64,000 bases of DNA from an uncultured delta proteobacterium (GCA_963850305.1 CAWKKR010000008.1:1312001-1376000); one strand, 5' to 3'. Positions 1 through 9,659 are shown, counted from the stretch's first letter. The notes: a model not told the origin generated them from the sequence alone. A program made the numbers and translations.

Positions 1-2
1 GC

Positions 3-776
3 ACGTCCGCGGCGCGTCCGGCCTCGTGCGCCGTCGAACCGCGGGATTCGAAGGCGGCGCCCGACGCGACGGTCGTCTGGGAGGGCTCGACACGCGTCGT
101 CGTCCGCGTGCGCGCGGGGCCGGGGGCATCGGAAGCCGTGCGCGCGATGGACTTTCGGCCGAGCGACGCGGAAGCGGATCGCTGGCGCGCGGCGGGCCTC
201 GTCGTGGCATCGCTCTCCGAGCGGGGCAGCGACGCGGAGAGCGCTGGAAGACCGCGCGCGCCGTCGCGTGCAGCGCCGGTCATCGTGGTACCCGCCACGG
301 GCGTTCTCCTCGGGGAGGGACTGCGCGGCTCCGCCGTCCGCGAGGGAGGCTGGCTCCGGACGACCTTCGTGTTGCGTGACGTCCCGCTGTTCGTGGGCGC
401 CGGTGCCGCGTATTCGACGGCGCCATCCGCCTCCGCTGTCACCCCGACCTGGCTCGAGCTTGCGCTCGGGTTCGGAGTCACCTGGAACCTCGACGCGGCG
501 CGGCTCGCGGTTCGCCCGCACCTCGATGCGGTCATCCTGAGCGAGTCGGCATCGCTGGATGGAGCGGGCCCTTCCGGAAGTCGCTGGCTCGACGGGCTCC
601 GAGTCGCGCTCGGCGCGTCGTGGCCGAACCGCTCGCCGGTCTCGCTCGCGGTCGAGGCGTCGGAGACGTTTCTTTCGGGGGGCACGGGGATCCTCCTCGA
701 CAACGGGAAAGCCCAGTCCTTTCCCGCCCATGACTGGTCCGTGCTCGTGGGGGCCGAGGTGCCCATCGGCAATTGA
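3..776 (+). CDS. Hypothetical protein, 5'-partial; probable outer-membrane beta-rich protein upstream of an ECF sigma factor
   Basis: Frame is open from the window edge. The C-terminal half has alternating amphipathic beta-strand-like segments (WLELALGFGVTWNL, WSVLVGAEVPI). Confidence 0.6.
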   Translation, partial: TSAARPASCAVEPRDSKAAPDATVVWEGSTRVVVRVRAGPGASEAVRAMDFRPSDAEADRWRAAGLVVASLSERGSDAESAGRPRAPSRAAPVIVVPATGVLLGEGLRGSAVREGGWLRTTFVLRDVPLFVGAGAAYSTAPSASAVTPTWLELALGFGVTWNLDAARLAVRPHLDAVILSESASLDGAGPSGSRWLDGLRVALGASWPNRSPVSLAVEASETFLSGGTGILLDNGKAQSFPAHDWSVLVGAEVPIGN

Positions 777-815
777 TGCGGCGTGGTTCGGGGCCGGACC
801 GGTTACTTTCCCAGT

Positions 816-1448
816 GTGCTCGGACGTCCCGCTCACCCGCTTCGGCTCGTCCAGAGAGAGCCGTCGCCCGGCACCGCGCCCCCCGGCGACGAACAGATCC
901 TCGCGGCGTTCGCGACGGGCGACCGCCGCGCGGCGGGTCTCGTCTATGACCGGTTGATAGGGGTGGTCGATGCGACACTGTATCGAGTCGTCGGAACCCG
1001 CGGAGACGACCACGACGACCTCGTGCAAGCCGCGTTCGAGCAGATCATCTTGACCCTCACGAAGAACCGTTTCGCGAGAGGGTGCTCGCTCCGCGGCTGG
1101 GCGGCGTCAATCGCCGGACACGTGGGGCTGAACGCCATCCGGTCGAGGACGCGCGCGCGCCGTGTATTCGATGCGGCAGCGGACGTGGACCGGCTCGTCG
1201 CCAGCCGCCGGTCTCCCGACGACGTCGAGGCGCAGGTGGCCGCACGGCGCGACCTCGACCGGGTGCGCCGGTACCTTGCGGAACTGGACCCGGATCGAGC
1301 GACCACGGTGCTCGTTCACGACGTCTTCGGGCACAGCCTGGCAGAGACGGCGCAGCTCACCGGGGTGTCGATGACGGCGGCTCAGTCGCGTCTGTCCCGC
1401 GGCCGTCGAGACCTCGCCGAACGTCTCTCGCGGGAGGACGCGGAGTGA
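816..1448 (+). CDS. ECF-type sigma-70 factor
   Basis: Region 2 (DDLVQAAFEQI, SLRGWAASIA) and region 4 (VLVHDVFGHSLAETAQLTGVSMTAAQSRLSRGR). Start is GTG at 816 or 783. Confidence 0.9.
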   Translation: MLGRPAHPLRLVQREPSPGTAPPGDEQILAAFATGDRRAAGLVYDRLIGVVDATLYRVVGTRGDDHDDLVQAAFEQIILTLTKNRFARGCSLRGWAASIAGHVGLNAIRSRTRARRVFDAAADVDRLVASRRSPDDVEAQVAARRDLDRVRRYLAELDPDRATTVLVHDVFGHSLAETAQLTGVSMTAAQSRLSRGRRDLAERLSREDAE

Positions 1449-2440
1449 GCACACGACACGATTCCGATCACGACGCAGCGCTCTTGCGGCGCGTCGGCAC
1501 GCTCGGCGTTCCCGTCGAGGACGGTGCGCGCGTCGCGGCGCGCAGAGCCCGGCTCGTGCCCGAGCTCGGTGGGTTCGCGGAGGCCGCGTTCGCTTCGCGA
1601 GCACGAAGCCATCGCCGCGCTCGGCTCGGCTCGGTCGCGGTCATCTCCGTCGCGGCAGCGGCCGTCACGTTGTTCGCCGCACGCCTCCACCGGGCGAAAA
1701 GTGGCGAAGACGCCGGATCGGGCTCGGTGTTTGCTCGCGACGGCTCGGTGCGCGTTGGCGGGGATGGATTCTCCTCCGGGTCGGCGCGCGCTCTCGCGTC
1801 GAGCGACCTCATCGAGACGGGCCGTGGGCGCGCGGATGTTCGCCTCGCGAGCGGCGCGAGCGTGGAGGCCTCCCCGGAGACGCGCCTCGAAGTGCGCGAC
1901 CCGCCCCCCGTGCTGGGCGTGACGCACGAAGAGATGGAGCTGACGTCCGGGCAGGTCATGGTCAGCGTGCCGAAGCTCGGGCGGGGCAGCCTCGTCGTGA
2001 ATACGCCGAACGCACGCGTGACTGTGCATGGAACTCGATTCTCGGTGGAGGTGCGGCCCGCGTCCGCCGCATCGAGCGTGGAGACGCGCGTCGCGGTGTC
2101 GGAAGGCATCGTCTCCGTCGCGAGCGACGGCCACGAAGTGTTCCTTCGCCCCGGTGCGCGATGGTCGTCGGTGGCGGCGCCTGCGCAGCTCGCGGAACCG
2201 GACGCGGGCGCGCCGTTCGTCCCGGCGCTGACGCATCGCACGGGGTCTACGCGGAGGAGCACGCTCGGCTCCGAAAATGAGCTCTTCCGGGCCGCGATCG
2301 CAGCTCGTCGCGGCGGCGATCCCGCGCGGGCCATCGCGCTGGTGGACGAGCTGCTCTCCGAATATCCGACCTCGCCCCTGTCCGGCCAAGCGCGCGCCGA
2401 GCGCGAGCGCGCGGAACGAGACCTGTCGCCGTCTCCGTGA
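1445..2440 (+). CDS. FecR-domain anti-sigma-like membrane protein with C-terminal TPR-like helices
   Basis: GTGA overlap with the sigma stop; TM segment VAVISVAAAAVTLF; FecR motif VNTPNARVTVHGTRFSVEV...VAVSEGIVSV; C-terminal ENELFRAAIAARRGGDPARAIALVDELLSEYPTSPL. Confidence 0.85.
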   Translation: MSTRHDSDHDAALLRRVGTLGVPVEDGARVAARRARLVPELGGFAEAAFASRARSHRRARLGSVAVISVAAAAVTLFAARLHRAKSGEDAGSGSVFARDGSVRVGGDGFSSGSARALASSDLIETGRGRADVRLASGASVEASPETRLEVRDPPPVLGVTHEEMELTSGQVMVSVPKLGRGSLVVNTPNARVTVHGTRFSVEVRPASAASSVETRVAVSEGIVSVASDGHEVFLRPGARWSSVAAPAQLAEPDAGAPFVPALTHRTGSTRRSTLGSENELFRAAIAARRGGDPARAIALVDELLSEYPTSPLSGQARAERERAERDLSPSP

Positions 2441-2812
2441 TCATGTCCCGCTCGCTCGTCCTTCACGTCTCGCTGTCGGTCCTGCTCGTGATCGTCGCGT
2501 GCGCATGCACCGAGGACGACACCGGCTACATCGATTCTGAGTTCCGCCACACCGAAATCTCCGCCACCCCCTCCACCGAAGCCGCCCGGACCCGGTCCGT
2601 GCGCGAGCGACGTCGACTGCGTGGGCCCCGCGACGCCGCGCTGCCGGCTCCCGGGAGGGACTTGCGTGCAGTGCCTCGCGGATACCGATTGCGCCGCCGT
2701 GCTCGGACGTCCAATCTGCGACGTTCCCGGCGGCAGCTGCGTGCCTTGCGCGCCGCCCGCCGGCCCCTGTGACGCTACCGCGCCGTGTCCGCCCTCCGGA
2801 TGCCTGCGGTGA
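2437..2812 (+). pseudogene. Cys-rich lipoprotein split by a 1-nt frameshift near 2535
   Basis: The signal peptide and lipobox-like Cys (VLLVIVACAC) are in one frame. The Pro-rich linker and Cys repeats (CASDVDC...CVQCLADTDC) are in the next frame and have no upstream start of their own. Confidence 0.6.
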
Positions 2813-2887
2813 GGAGCGAGCAACGGCCGTGGTGCACTCGATGGAGGCGACGGGCCCGCCACCCCGCGTCGGTGGATGCTTCGAAAG

Positions 2888-3765
2888 CTATCGCGTGGCC
2901 TTGGATCCCGCAGCGGCCAGCGCGTCTTGCAGCGCCCGGAGGCTCTCGTCACAGGCCGTCACGAGGGGCGGCTTCGCGCGGAGGGAGAGATTGAGCGAGA
3001 CCACGTTGCTGTTGCGACGCGAGAGCACGATGAGCTCGTCGGACAGTTCCTTGAATCGCGTCAGTGCCGCACCCGCGGCCCCGAGCCCCGACGTGCCGGA
3101 CGGTGCGAGTGCGGTCAGCGCCTTCATGGAGTCCTGTGCCTGCGTGTATAGGTCGCCCATTTCCTTCTCCAGCCGGGTCATCGCAAGGTCCTCGGCTTCG
3201 GCGATGTGCGGCGCGTGCAGCACCTGGATCTCCCGCACGGCGAGCGTCGCACTCGCGACGAGCTCCTCCGCGCGGCAGCGGTCCTTCGGCGCGACGGCAG
3301 GAGGCACGGTCATCAGGGAATCATGAAAAGAGTCCGCCGCCGCCCTCACGGGACCGAACGACAGGCGCTGTGCCTTCAGGTTCGTGTTCTCCACGGCGAG
3401 GGCGAGGATGCGCTGATCGACCTTCCGGTAATCGGCGAAGTCGTTCCGGAACTCCTCGAACGATTGAATCTCCGCGTGGCGACCGCCGGCGCGCAGCAAT
3501 GGGGAAAGCGCGCGCGCGTCGCCATCGACGACAATCAGGGCCTGCTCCGCCTCGTGCGCGAACGCGATGGACGCCTCATCCGTGTCCGCCATCACCGCGC
3601 GGTCCGAAGCGTCGGAGGCCTTGTTGAATTCGATGCGCAGGTCCGCCACCACCGCGCGCGATTCATCGAGCTGCAGGAGATAGGGAGACGGCACATGGCT
3701 GCACCCGAGAGCCACGAGAGCAAGGGAGCCGAGGGCCAGGAGTCCGCGGAAATGCCCGTACCCAT
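2888..3765 (-). CDS. Lipoprotein with MCP four-helix-bundle-like domains; ATG at 3765 is 1 nt out of frame with the ORF 2888-3715
   Basis: All-helical sequence (LAVENTNLKAQRLSFGP, ELIVLSRRNSN). The in-frame signal GHFRGLLALGSLALVALGC lacks an in-frame ATG; one extra G in ATGGGTAC would restore MGYGHF. Confidence 0.65.
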
Positions 3766-3905
3766 CCGTTGCAGGTGGTCACGCGCAGAACCGTACTGCA
3801 ACGTGTTCCGGGGGTCATCCGCCGAGAAACGCCTGTGGCGATCGGGGAGGCGGGTGGCGCCGCGTGGCAACGTCGGGCACGATTTCGAATACATCAGGGT
3901 TCACG

Positions 3906-4148
3906 ATGATTCGACGGCTCGTAAGTCTGGCAGGAATCGGAATGCTTGCGATCGCAAGGCACGCAGTCGCGGATCCACCGGCGAGCGCGCCACCCGCCAT
4001 CGCGCACGAGTTGCCCGCCTCGCCGTGTCCGTCGACGTTCAAAGAACGACTCGCCCGTGTCCGCAAGGCGATCAAGGCGCAGGCGGCATGGCAGCGAGAA
4101 CGCGATCGTGTGATGCCGGGCTGCGCCTTCGACCGAAGACGCCACTGA
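3906..4148 (+). CDS. Small secreted hypothetical protein
   Basis: Signal-peptide-like MIRRLVSLAGIGMLAIARHAVA followed by a Pro-rich stretch and two Cys. Confidence 0.45.
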   Translation: MIRRLVSLAGIGMLAIARHAVADPPASAPPAIAHELPASPCPSTFKERLARVRKAIKAQAAWQRERDRVMPGCAFDRRRH

Positions 4149-4167
4149 ACCGAGGACGCTTCTTGGT

Positions 4168-5466
4168 TTAGAGCGTAGACTGAGTGGACGGTCCGCAGAG
4201 CCAGAGCGACGCCGGCTGTCCCACCGGAACCGCGTAAGAGCCGTACGTGTAACACATCTGCCCGAACGCCTGAGGATTCGGGTCTCCGTCTCCGATCGTG
4301 CTGTCCGTATCGTTTTCGAACTCGCACTCCCACACCAGCGAGTCGCCGGCCTTGAGCAACAAGGGACCGCTGGCTCCGCCCGCAGCGTGGCTCGTCGGGT
4401 TCGGCAGGGGGTTCGTCACGAACGGGTTGTACGCCAGATCTACCGGCTCGAGCGGATCGTAGCTCTCGTAAACCTTGGTCTCCACGGGGCCGGCGTCCCC
4501 GCCCGCGGCGGCGTGCCAGATGGACACGCGATCACTGCCGACGTGGCTGTGCCCCTGCAGATACTTCACGCTGCGATCCACGTCCGTCTGACACGACCTT
4601 CGAACGGTCGTCGTCGTGTGCGGAGGCAGCTTTATCCCGGACCCGAGGAGCGAGATCCCGTAGAGGCTCGCCGTCACCTGCAACGGATCGCGGAAGTACA
4701 AGTTGAACCAGGCTTCCTTCAGGACTGGCTCCTCGGTCGTGTTCAGGTAGTGCGCCAGAACCTGCAAACTCTGGCTCGGTGGCAGCGGCAACGCGCTGCC
4801 CTCGAAATCGAGCCCGCCCACGTCCGGGGCCCCGGCGGGTCGCGGCGTCGACAGATCCGGCACGTTGAGCTCGGCCGTCTGCGCGATGGCCATGAACGTG
4901 CCCGCGGTCTCGATGAGATCCGTCACCAGGTTGCACGGGCGGGTCGTACCCGAAGGCGTCGTGTCCCCGGCCACCGCGTAGGTCAGCTGAACGTGGTGCG
5001 CACCGGGGCGGCTTCGCTCTACGTACTGACCGACATAGAGGTTGGACTGCGCGGGCGTGTCCTCGAACGCGCAGTCGTACGACTCGCCGCTCGGGGCGAG
5101 CGTGTACGTCGCCAGCTCGTCCGGGTCGTCGTAGTTCGACGGCCCCAGGTGGATCTGCATCCCCTCCTCGGGCGAGGGCACGCACAGCGCCGAGTCGTCC
5201 CCCGCCATCCCCGATTTCACCGGGCAGAGGGGCGGCGCGACGTAGGATGCCCAGCCGTTGATCTTGCAATCGCTCCACGCTGGGTCCGCCGGATCGCAGT
5301 GCTGGCTGGTGCACTCCGCCTCCCAGCTCGGGCCGCACGCTCCACCGGCGTCGACCGAGGCACTCGTGCCCTTTTTGGCGCTCGAGCCGCAAGCCGTGCT
5401 CACGAGCGCGCACGCCGCAATGCCGGCATAGAAGAATGACCGCGTGAACCTGGACCTGGAAAGCAT
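4168..5466 (-). CDS. Lipoprotein resembling copper type II ascorbate-dependent monooxygenases (PHM/DBM fold)
   Basis: Lipobox VSTAC. Copper-ligand-like motifs occur in the expected order: GAHHV, LAHYLN, GHSH, QMCY. Confidence 0.7.
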   Translation of the reverse strand: MLSRSRFTRSFFYAGIAACALVSTACGSSAKKGTSASVDAGGACGPSWEAECTSQHCDPADPAWSDCKINGWASYVAPPLCPVKSGMAGDDSALCVPSPEEGMQIHLGPSNYDDPDELATYTLAPSGESYDCAFEDTPAQSNLYVGQYVERSRPGAHHVQLTYAVAGDTTPSGTTRPCNLVTDLIETAGTFMAIAQTAELNVPDLSTPRPAGAPDVGGLDFEGSALPLPPSQSLQVLAHYLNTTEEPVLKEAWFNLYFRDPLQVTASLYGISLLGSGIKLPPHTTTTVRRSCQTDVDRSVKYLQGHSHVGSDRVSIWHAAAGGDAGPVETKVYESYDPLEPVDLAYNPFVTNPLPNPTSHAAGGASGPLLLKAGDSLVWECEFENDTDSTIGDGDPNPQAFGQMCYTYGSYAVPVGQPASLWLCGPSTQSTL

Positions 5467-5697
5467 GGAATGGCGCCTCGCTGAAAGACTGATTGCGGCT
5501 CCTTCAGTATCTCCGACCCGCCGGATCGGCCGGAAGAATAAACCGTCCTCCGGCCGTACACGCCGGTCCCGACTCTCTCCCAGGTGTCGAGGGATGAACC
5601 GGGAACGCGGGAGATCAGAGGCTTCCCGGGACAAATCGGCGCCTTGAAGGGTCACGCAAGGGCCTCGGCCGCGGTCGCCGGATGATAGGATGCCATC

Positions 5698-6024
5698 ATG
5701 GGTGCCAGGACCCCGGATGCGGCAAGCTCGTGGGTCGGGGGCGTCGCGAGTTCGCACGCCGAGCTCGAGGAAGCGGACGACCGCTTCTGGGCCGACGCGG
5801 GGCCGCTGGCGCGGCTGGTCGCTTCGCTGCAGCTATCGACCCAGCTCTGGCAAAAGGAGGGCGTCAGTGGAGCTACCTTCCGAATTGACCGAACTGTGGG
5901 CGGCGTTCGCGCGAGAGGACGTCCGGTACCTGCTGATCGGCGGTCACGCCGTCTCGCTCCACGCGAAGCCCCGGTCGACGAAGGACGTCGACGTACTCCT
6001 GGACCCCGCTCCAGAAAATCGTGA
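5698..6024 (+). CDS. Small hypothetical protein, probable partner of the downstream nucleotidyltransferase
   Basis: EEADDRFWADAGPLARLVASLQLS...FRIDRTV resembles the small ORFs usually found before DUF6036-type genes; it overlaps the next gene. Confidence 0.5.
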   Translation: MGARTPDAASSWVGGVASSHAELEEADDRFWADAGPLARLVASLQLSTQLWQKEGVSGATFRIDRTVGGVRARGRPVPADRRSRRLAPREAPVDEGRRRTPGPRSRKS

Positions 6025-6328
6025 GCGCGCCGTGCGCGCCTTGCTGCGCTTCGGCGCGCCGCGGACTCTCGTCGAACCGCTCCGCACGGCGAAGCTCGAC
6101 GAGATCGTATGGCTCGGGCGCGCGCCTTCACGAATCGACTTCTTGTTCAGCGCTCCCGCGATCGACTTTGCCGCCGCCTGGGAGCGCCGCGCGACGATCG
6201 ACTCCGCGGGCGTGAACGTGCAGGTCATCGGCCGCGAAGACCTCATCGCCAACAAGCGTGGAGTCGGACGCCCGCGCGACCGCCGCGACGTCGCCGCGCT
6301 CGAGCGCGCCGCACGAAGAACGCGCTAG
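5867..6328 (+). CDS. Nucleotidyltransferase (DUF6036-like), putative toxin-antitoxin component
   Basis: AAGGAGG RBS then GTG; YLLIGGHAV...PRSTKDVDV NTase motif; C-terminal LIANKRGVGRPRDRRDV. Confidence 0.85.
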   Translation: MELPSELTELWAAFAREDVRYLLIGGHAVSLHAKPRSTKDVDVLLDPAPENRERAVRALLRFGAPRTLVEPLRTAKLDEIVWLGRAPSRIDFLFSAPAIDFAAAWERRATIDSAGVNVQVIGREDLIANKRGVGRPRDRRDVAALERAARRTR

Positions 6329-6744
6329 TCATCCGGAAACGGCGTTGCGTGACGAGGCTCTCGACGGCCAGGTGCACCATGTAATCGCCCGCGAATGCTC
6401 GCGCATGCACGGTGAGCGGCTAGGCGGCGCATCGTCGTTCACGCGAGTATTGCAAGCGTCGCACCGGGGGCGGTGGTCACCGAGCGCACGCAGTGGCTCT
6501 TGCGTGCGCGCTCGTACTTGCAGGCTGCGGGGTACGCGCCACCGCTCATCACGGCGTGACGCACACACACGTCAACGGAGCCGTGCAACCTGAAAGCTTG
6601 ATCGCCATCATGCCGCGGTAGGTTGACGCGATCCGTGCGCCGCGCCGCAGATTTCGCACCCGCCGGGCTGCTCGATCGGGCTGCCTCACATGCCGGAGTC
6701 GAATGGGCCCTCTCGCTGCGAAACGAGCCTTCGTGGAGGCGGGC

Positions 6745-8169
6745 ATGGACATTGCTCGGTATCCGCACATGTCCGAGGCCGCGCGCTCACTTTACGTCGC
6801 TCCCGGAGCGGTCGCGAGCCCGGTGCTGCCCGTCGAGGGGCAGGTTCTCGGCGGGACGTACCGGATCCTCCGCAGACTCGACGAGGGCGGCATGGGCACC
6901 GTGTTCGAAGCGGAGCATCTGCGGCTTCACCGTCGCGTCGCCGTGAAGGTCGTCGCAGCGGGCCACGCCGCGAACCCCGAGCTGCTCGCACGCTTCGAGC
7001 AGGAAGCGGAGATCGTCAGCCGGATCCAGCACCCGCACGTGGTGACGGTCCTCGACTTCGACGTCTCCGAGCTCGGCGAGCCCTATCTGGTCCTCGAGCT
7101 CCTCCGCGGGGAGAACCTGGCGACCCGCCTCGAGCGTGAGTCGCCCCTGCCGCTCGAGCAGGCGGTCGCCATCTCGGGGCAGGTGGCCGCCGGACTTTCG
7201 GCGGCGCACCGGGGTGGCGTCGTTCACCGCGACCTGAAGCCCGGAAACGTCTTCCTCATCGCCGCCGAAGAAGACGCCGAAGAAGACGCCGAAGAAGAGG
7301 AGGCTCCGTTCGTGAAGCTCCTCGACTTCGGCATCAGCAAGCGGCTCGGCTCGACCCGGCACCTGACCCAGGTGCGGCAGCTCATCGGCACACCCGATTA
7401 CATGGCGCCGGAGCAGGCCGCCGGGCGCCTCGAGCTCGTCGGTCCGCACACCGACCAGTATGCGCTCGCCGTCGTCGCGTACGAGATGCTCACCGGCATC
7501 CAGCCCTTCTCCGGTCACGACCTCGCGGAGACGCTGCGGCGCGTGACCGAGCTCACCGCCGCCCCGGCCTCTAGCGTCGCCGCGTGGCTTCCGGAGGAGG
7601 TGAGCGCCGTCCTCGCCCGCGGGATGTCCAAGGAGCCGTCCGCGCGGTTCCCCACGGTCGTGGACTTCGCGATCGCGCTCGCACAGGCGGCACAGGTCGC
7701 GCCCGGACTCGGGCGTGGCGCTCCACTCTCGGAAAGAGTCAGGAGCCACGCCGTTTCGGAGCGGCCCGCGCGTGCGAGCACGCTACCCGCGGCGTCTTCG
7801 CTCGCCCCCTGGTTCGCGCGAGCTCGCGTCGCGCTGGACGCCGGAGCGTTTGCCGACGCGGCCAGCCATGTCGAAGCCGCCCTGGAGTGCGCGGACACGA
7901 CGAACGACCCCGCGACGCTCGAAGAGGTCCGGCGCGAGGAGTCGTTGATTGCAACGGTGCTAATCAATCTATTGGGGGGTGCACAGGGGCAGCTGTACCC
8001 GGCCAAGGTCACGTCCTCTCATGACCTTCCACTCTCGCCGCGCACCGTCTTCCTCTTGAGCCGGCTTGCGCCAGGCATGACGGTGGAAGAGGCGCTCGAT
8101 GTCGCCTCCATGCCCCGCACCGAGACGCTGCGACGTCTGGCGCAACTTGCGCGGTGCGGTGCCGTGTAA
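6745..8169 (+). CDS. Soluble Ser/Thr protein kinase with a C-terminal helical/winged-helix-like domain
   Basis: GGMGTVF, VAVK, HRDLKPGN, DFG, GTPDYMAPE motifs; no TM segment; C-terminal FLLSRLAPGMTVEEALDVASMP. Confidence 0.92.
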   Translation: MDIARYPHMSEAARSLYVAPGAVASPVLPVEGQVLGGTYRILRRLDEGGMGTVFEAEHLRLHRRVAVKVVAAGHAANPELLARFEQEAEIVSRIQHPHVVTVLDFDVSELGEPYLVLELLRGENLATRLERESPLPLEQAVAISGQVAAGLSAAHRGGVVHRDLKPGNVFLIAAEEDAEEDAEEEEAPFVKLLDFGISKRLGSTRHLTQVRQLIGTPDYMAPEQAAGRLELVGPHTDQYALAVVAYEMLTGIQPFSGHDLAETLRRVTELTAAPASSVAAWLPEEVSAVLARGMSKEPSARFPTVVDFAIALAQAAQVAPGLGRGAPLSERVRSHAVSERPARASTLPAASSLAPWFARARVALDAGAFADAASHVEAALECADTTNDPATLEEVRREESLIATVLINLLGGAQGQLYPAKVTSSHDLPLSPRTVFLLSRLAPGMTVEEALDVASMPRTETLRRLAQLARCGAV

Positions 8170-8359
8170 GGCCATCCTCGTGCGACTCTGAGTGCTCGCG
8201 TCCGGAGCGCGCGCCGGCTGGCCTCGTCCAGCTTCGGGAAGAGACGCCGCACGAGTTTCTTGACCGGTCCCCGATGCAGGGGCGGGAGCGATTCGATCCA
8301 AGCGTCGTGGAAGCCCCTCTCCTTTTCGCGTTCCTCTCGCCCACGCCCCGCAGCGCAGC

Positions 8360-8660
8360 GACGAACTTCACATGCCACTCCGTGTGCGGCATCACCGGGA
8401 GTGGGGTTGCAGTCAGGCCAGACGGCTTCACCTGCGCCAAGGGCGCCACGTGCCGCATCGTCTCGCCGACCGGGCAGATCAACTTCGGAAGTCCCGTCAT
8501 CTGCGAGGGCGGTTCGACGTGTTACGTGAGCGCGTTCGACGGCGACATCGTCGGCCCCATCCTGTGCGAGGCGGGCGCGACGTGCGCCTTCGTCGGAAAT
8601 ACCGGAACGCTGTCCGGTATCACCTGTACCTGCGTCGCGGAAGGTTCGCTCGGATTGACT
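8360..8660 (+). pseudogene. Fragment of a Cys-repeat secreted protein
   Basis: Three repeated units (FTCAKGATC, VICEGGSTC, ILCEAGATC) with GC3-rich codons; no signal peptide, and the frame degenerates into the antisense of the toxin gene. Confidence 0.45.
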
Positions 8661-8686
8661 CATCCACGGCGCTCGCACGCAGGTCT

Positions 8687-9067
8687 TCAGGCGATGCTCC
8701 GGCCAAGCGCGGCCACCTCGGGAGGTGGCTCGAGCAGCACGCGCATACCGGTCCAGAGGTCCCCCAGCCGCTGCGCGGACAGTCGCCCGAGCTTCCCTTC
8801 GATCAGGTCCCTGTCCACGGCCATGAGCTGAGAGACGTTCACGACTGACGCCTTCGACAACCCACCCTCGCCTTTGCGCAAGCGGACGTTCCCGGGCGCC
8901 GCCGCGAGGTTCAGATTGGACGTGACGGCGGCCACGACCACGGTCTGGATGCCGCTCCGGTTGAAACGATCCTGCTGAACGACGACGGCCGGACGCCGCC
9001 CGCTCGGCGCCGACCCTCGCGAGCGCGGAAGGTCGAGCCACACGACGTCCCCGTAGAGGATCACCAT
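8687..9067 (-). CDS. mazF: Type II TA toxin, PemK/MazF family endoribonuclease
   Basis: GDVVWLDL...GSAPSGRRPAVVVQ...VVVAAVTSN...SVVNVSQLMAVDR. Confidence 0.92.
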   Translation of the reverse strand: MVILYGDVVWLDLPRSRGSAPSGRRPAVVVQQDRFNRSGIQTVVVAAVTSNLNLAAAPGNVRLRKGEGGLSKASVVNVSQLMAVDRDLIEGKLGRLSAQRLGDLWTGMRVLLEPPPEVAALGRSIA

Positions 9068-9312
9068 TCGCCGTCGTCGGCGCGCGCAGTCAGGAGCTCC
9101 CGGCTCATCCGTCGCTGCTCGCGCGCGACATCGCTCTTTCCGAACACCTCGTCCAACCGGCGCGTGATGTCTGCGTCCGTCTGCGCGCGCGCCACCTTCC
9201 GAAGCACGTCCGTGATGAACCGGCTCCGCGTCACGCCGCGACGCTCCGCGGCCTCGTCGACGCGAGCCATGACCTCTTCCGGAACCGAAATGGCGAACTT
9301 GTGAGCGCCCAT
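9061..9312 (-). CDS. Ribbon-helix-helix (CopG-like) antitoxin
   Basis: KFAISVPEEVMARVDEAAERRGVTRSRFI; overlaps the toxin start. Confidence 0.88.
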   Translation of the reverse strand: MGAHKFAISVPEEVMARVDEAAERRGVTRSRFITDVLRKVARAQTDADITRRLDEVFGKSDVAREQRRMSRELLTARADDGEW

Positions 9313-9659
9313 GGTATTCCCGAAGGAGAATACCGGCCGCTGACGGGAACTGCAAGCGCAGGAAAACAAACGAGGCGCGGGCCGGCTACGCCGCTGCAGC
9401 AGCAGACTGGACGAAACCGCTGCACCGACGTACGGCGCGGCATCCCGAATGGGCTCGAGAACGTACACCGTGCTGCACGAACCAAGGAGGACCACGAGCG
9501 CGGGCAGCGCGCAGTATCACGCAGCGCTCGGAGGAGCGCCGGCACCGCCTCCGGCGGTCCCGCTCCCGCTCGCCCGGCTCCGCCCCCGGAACCGATCCCG
9601 CGCCCGAAACCGACCCCGGCATCGCCAACCGGAGACGTGCTCGGCCGGTCACCGATCGA

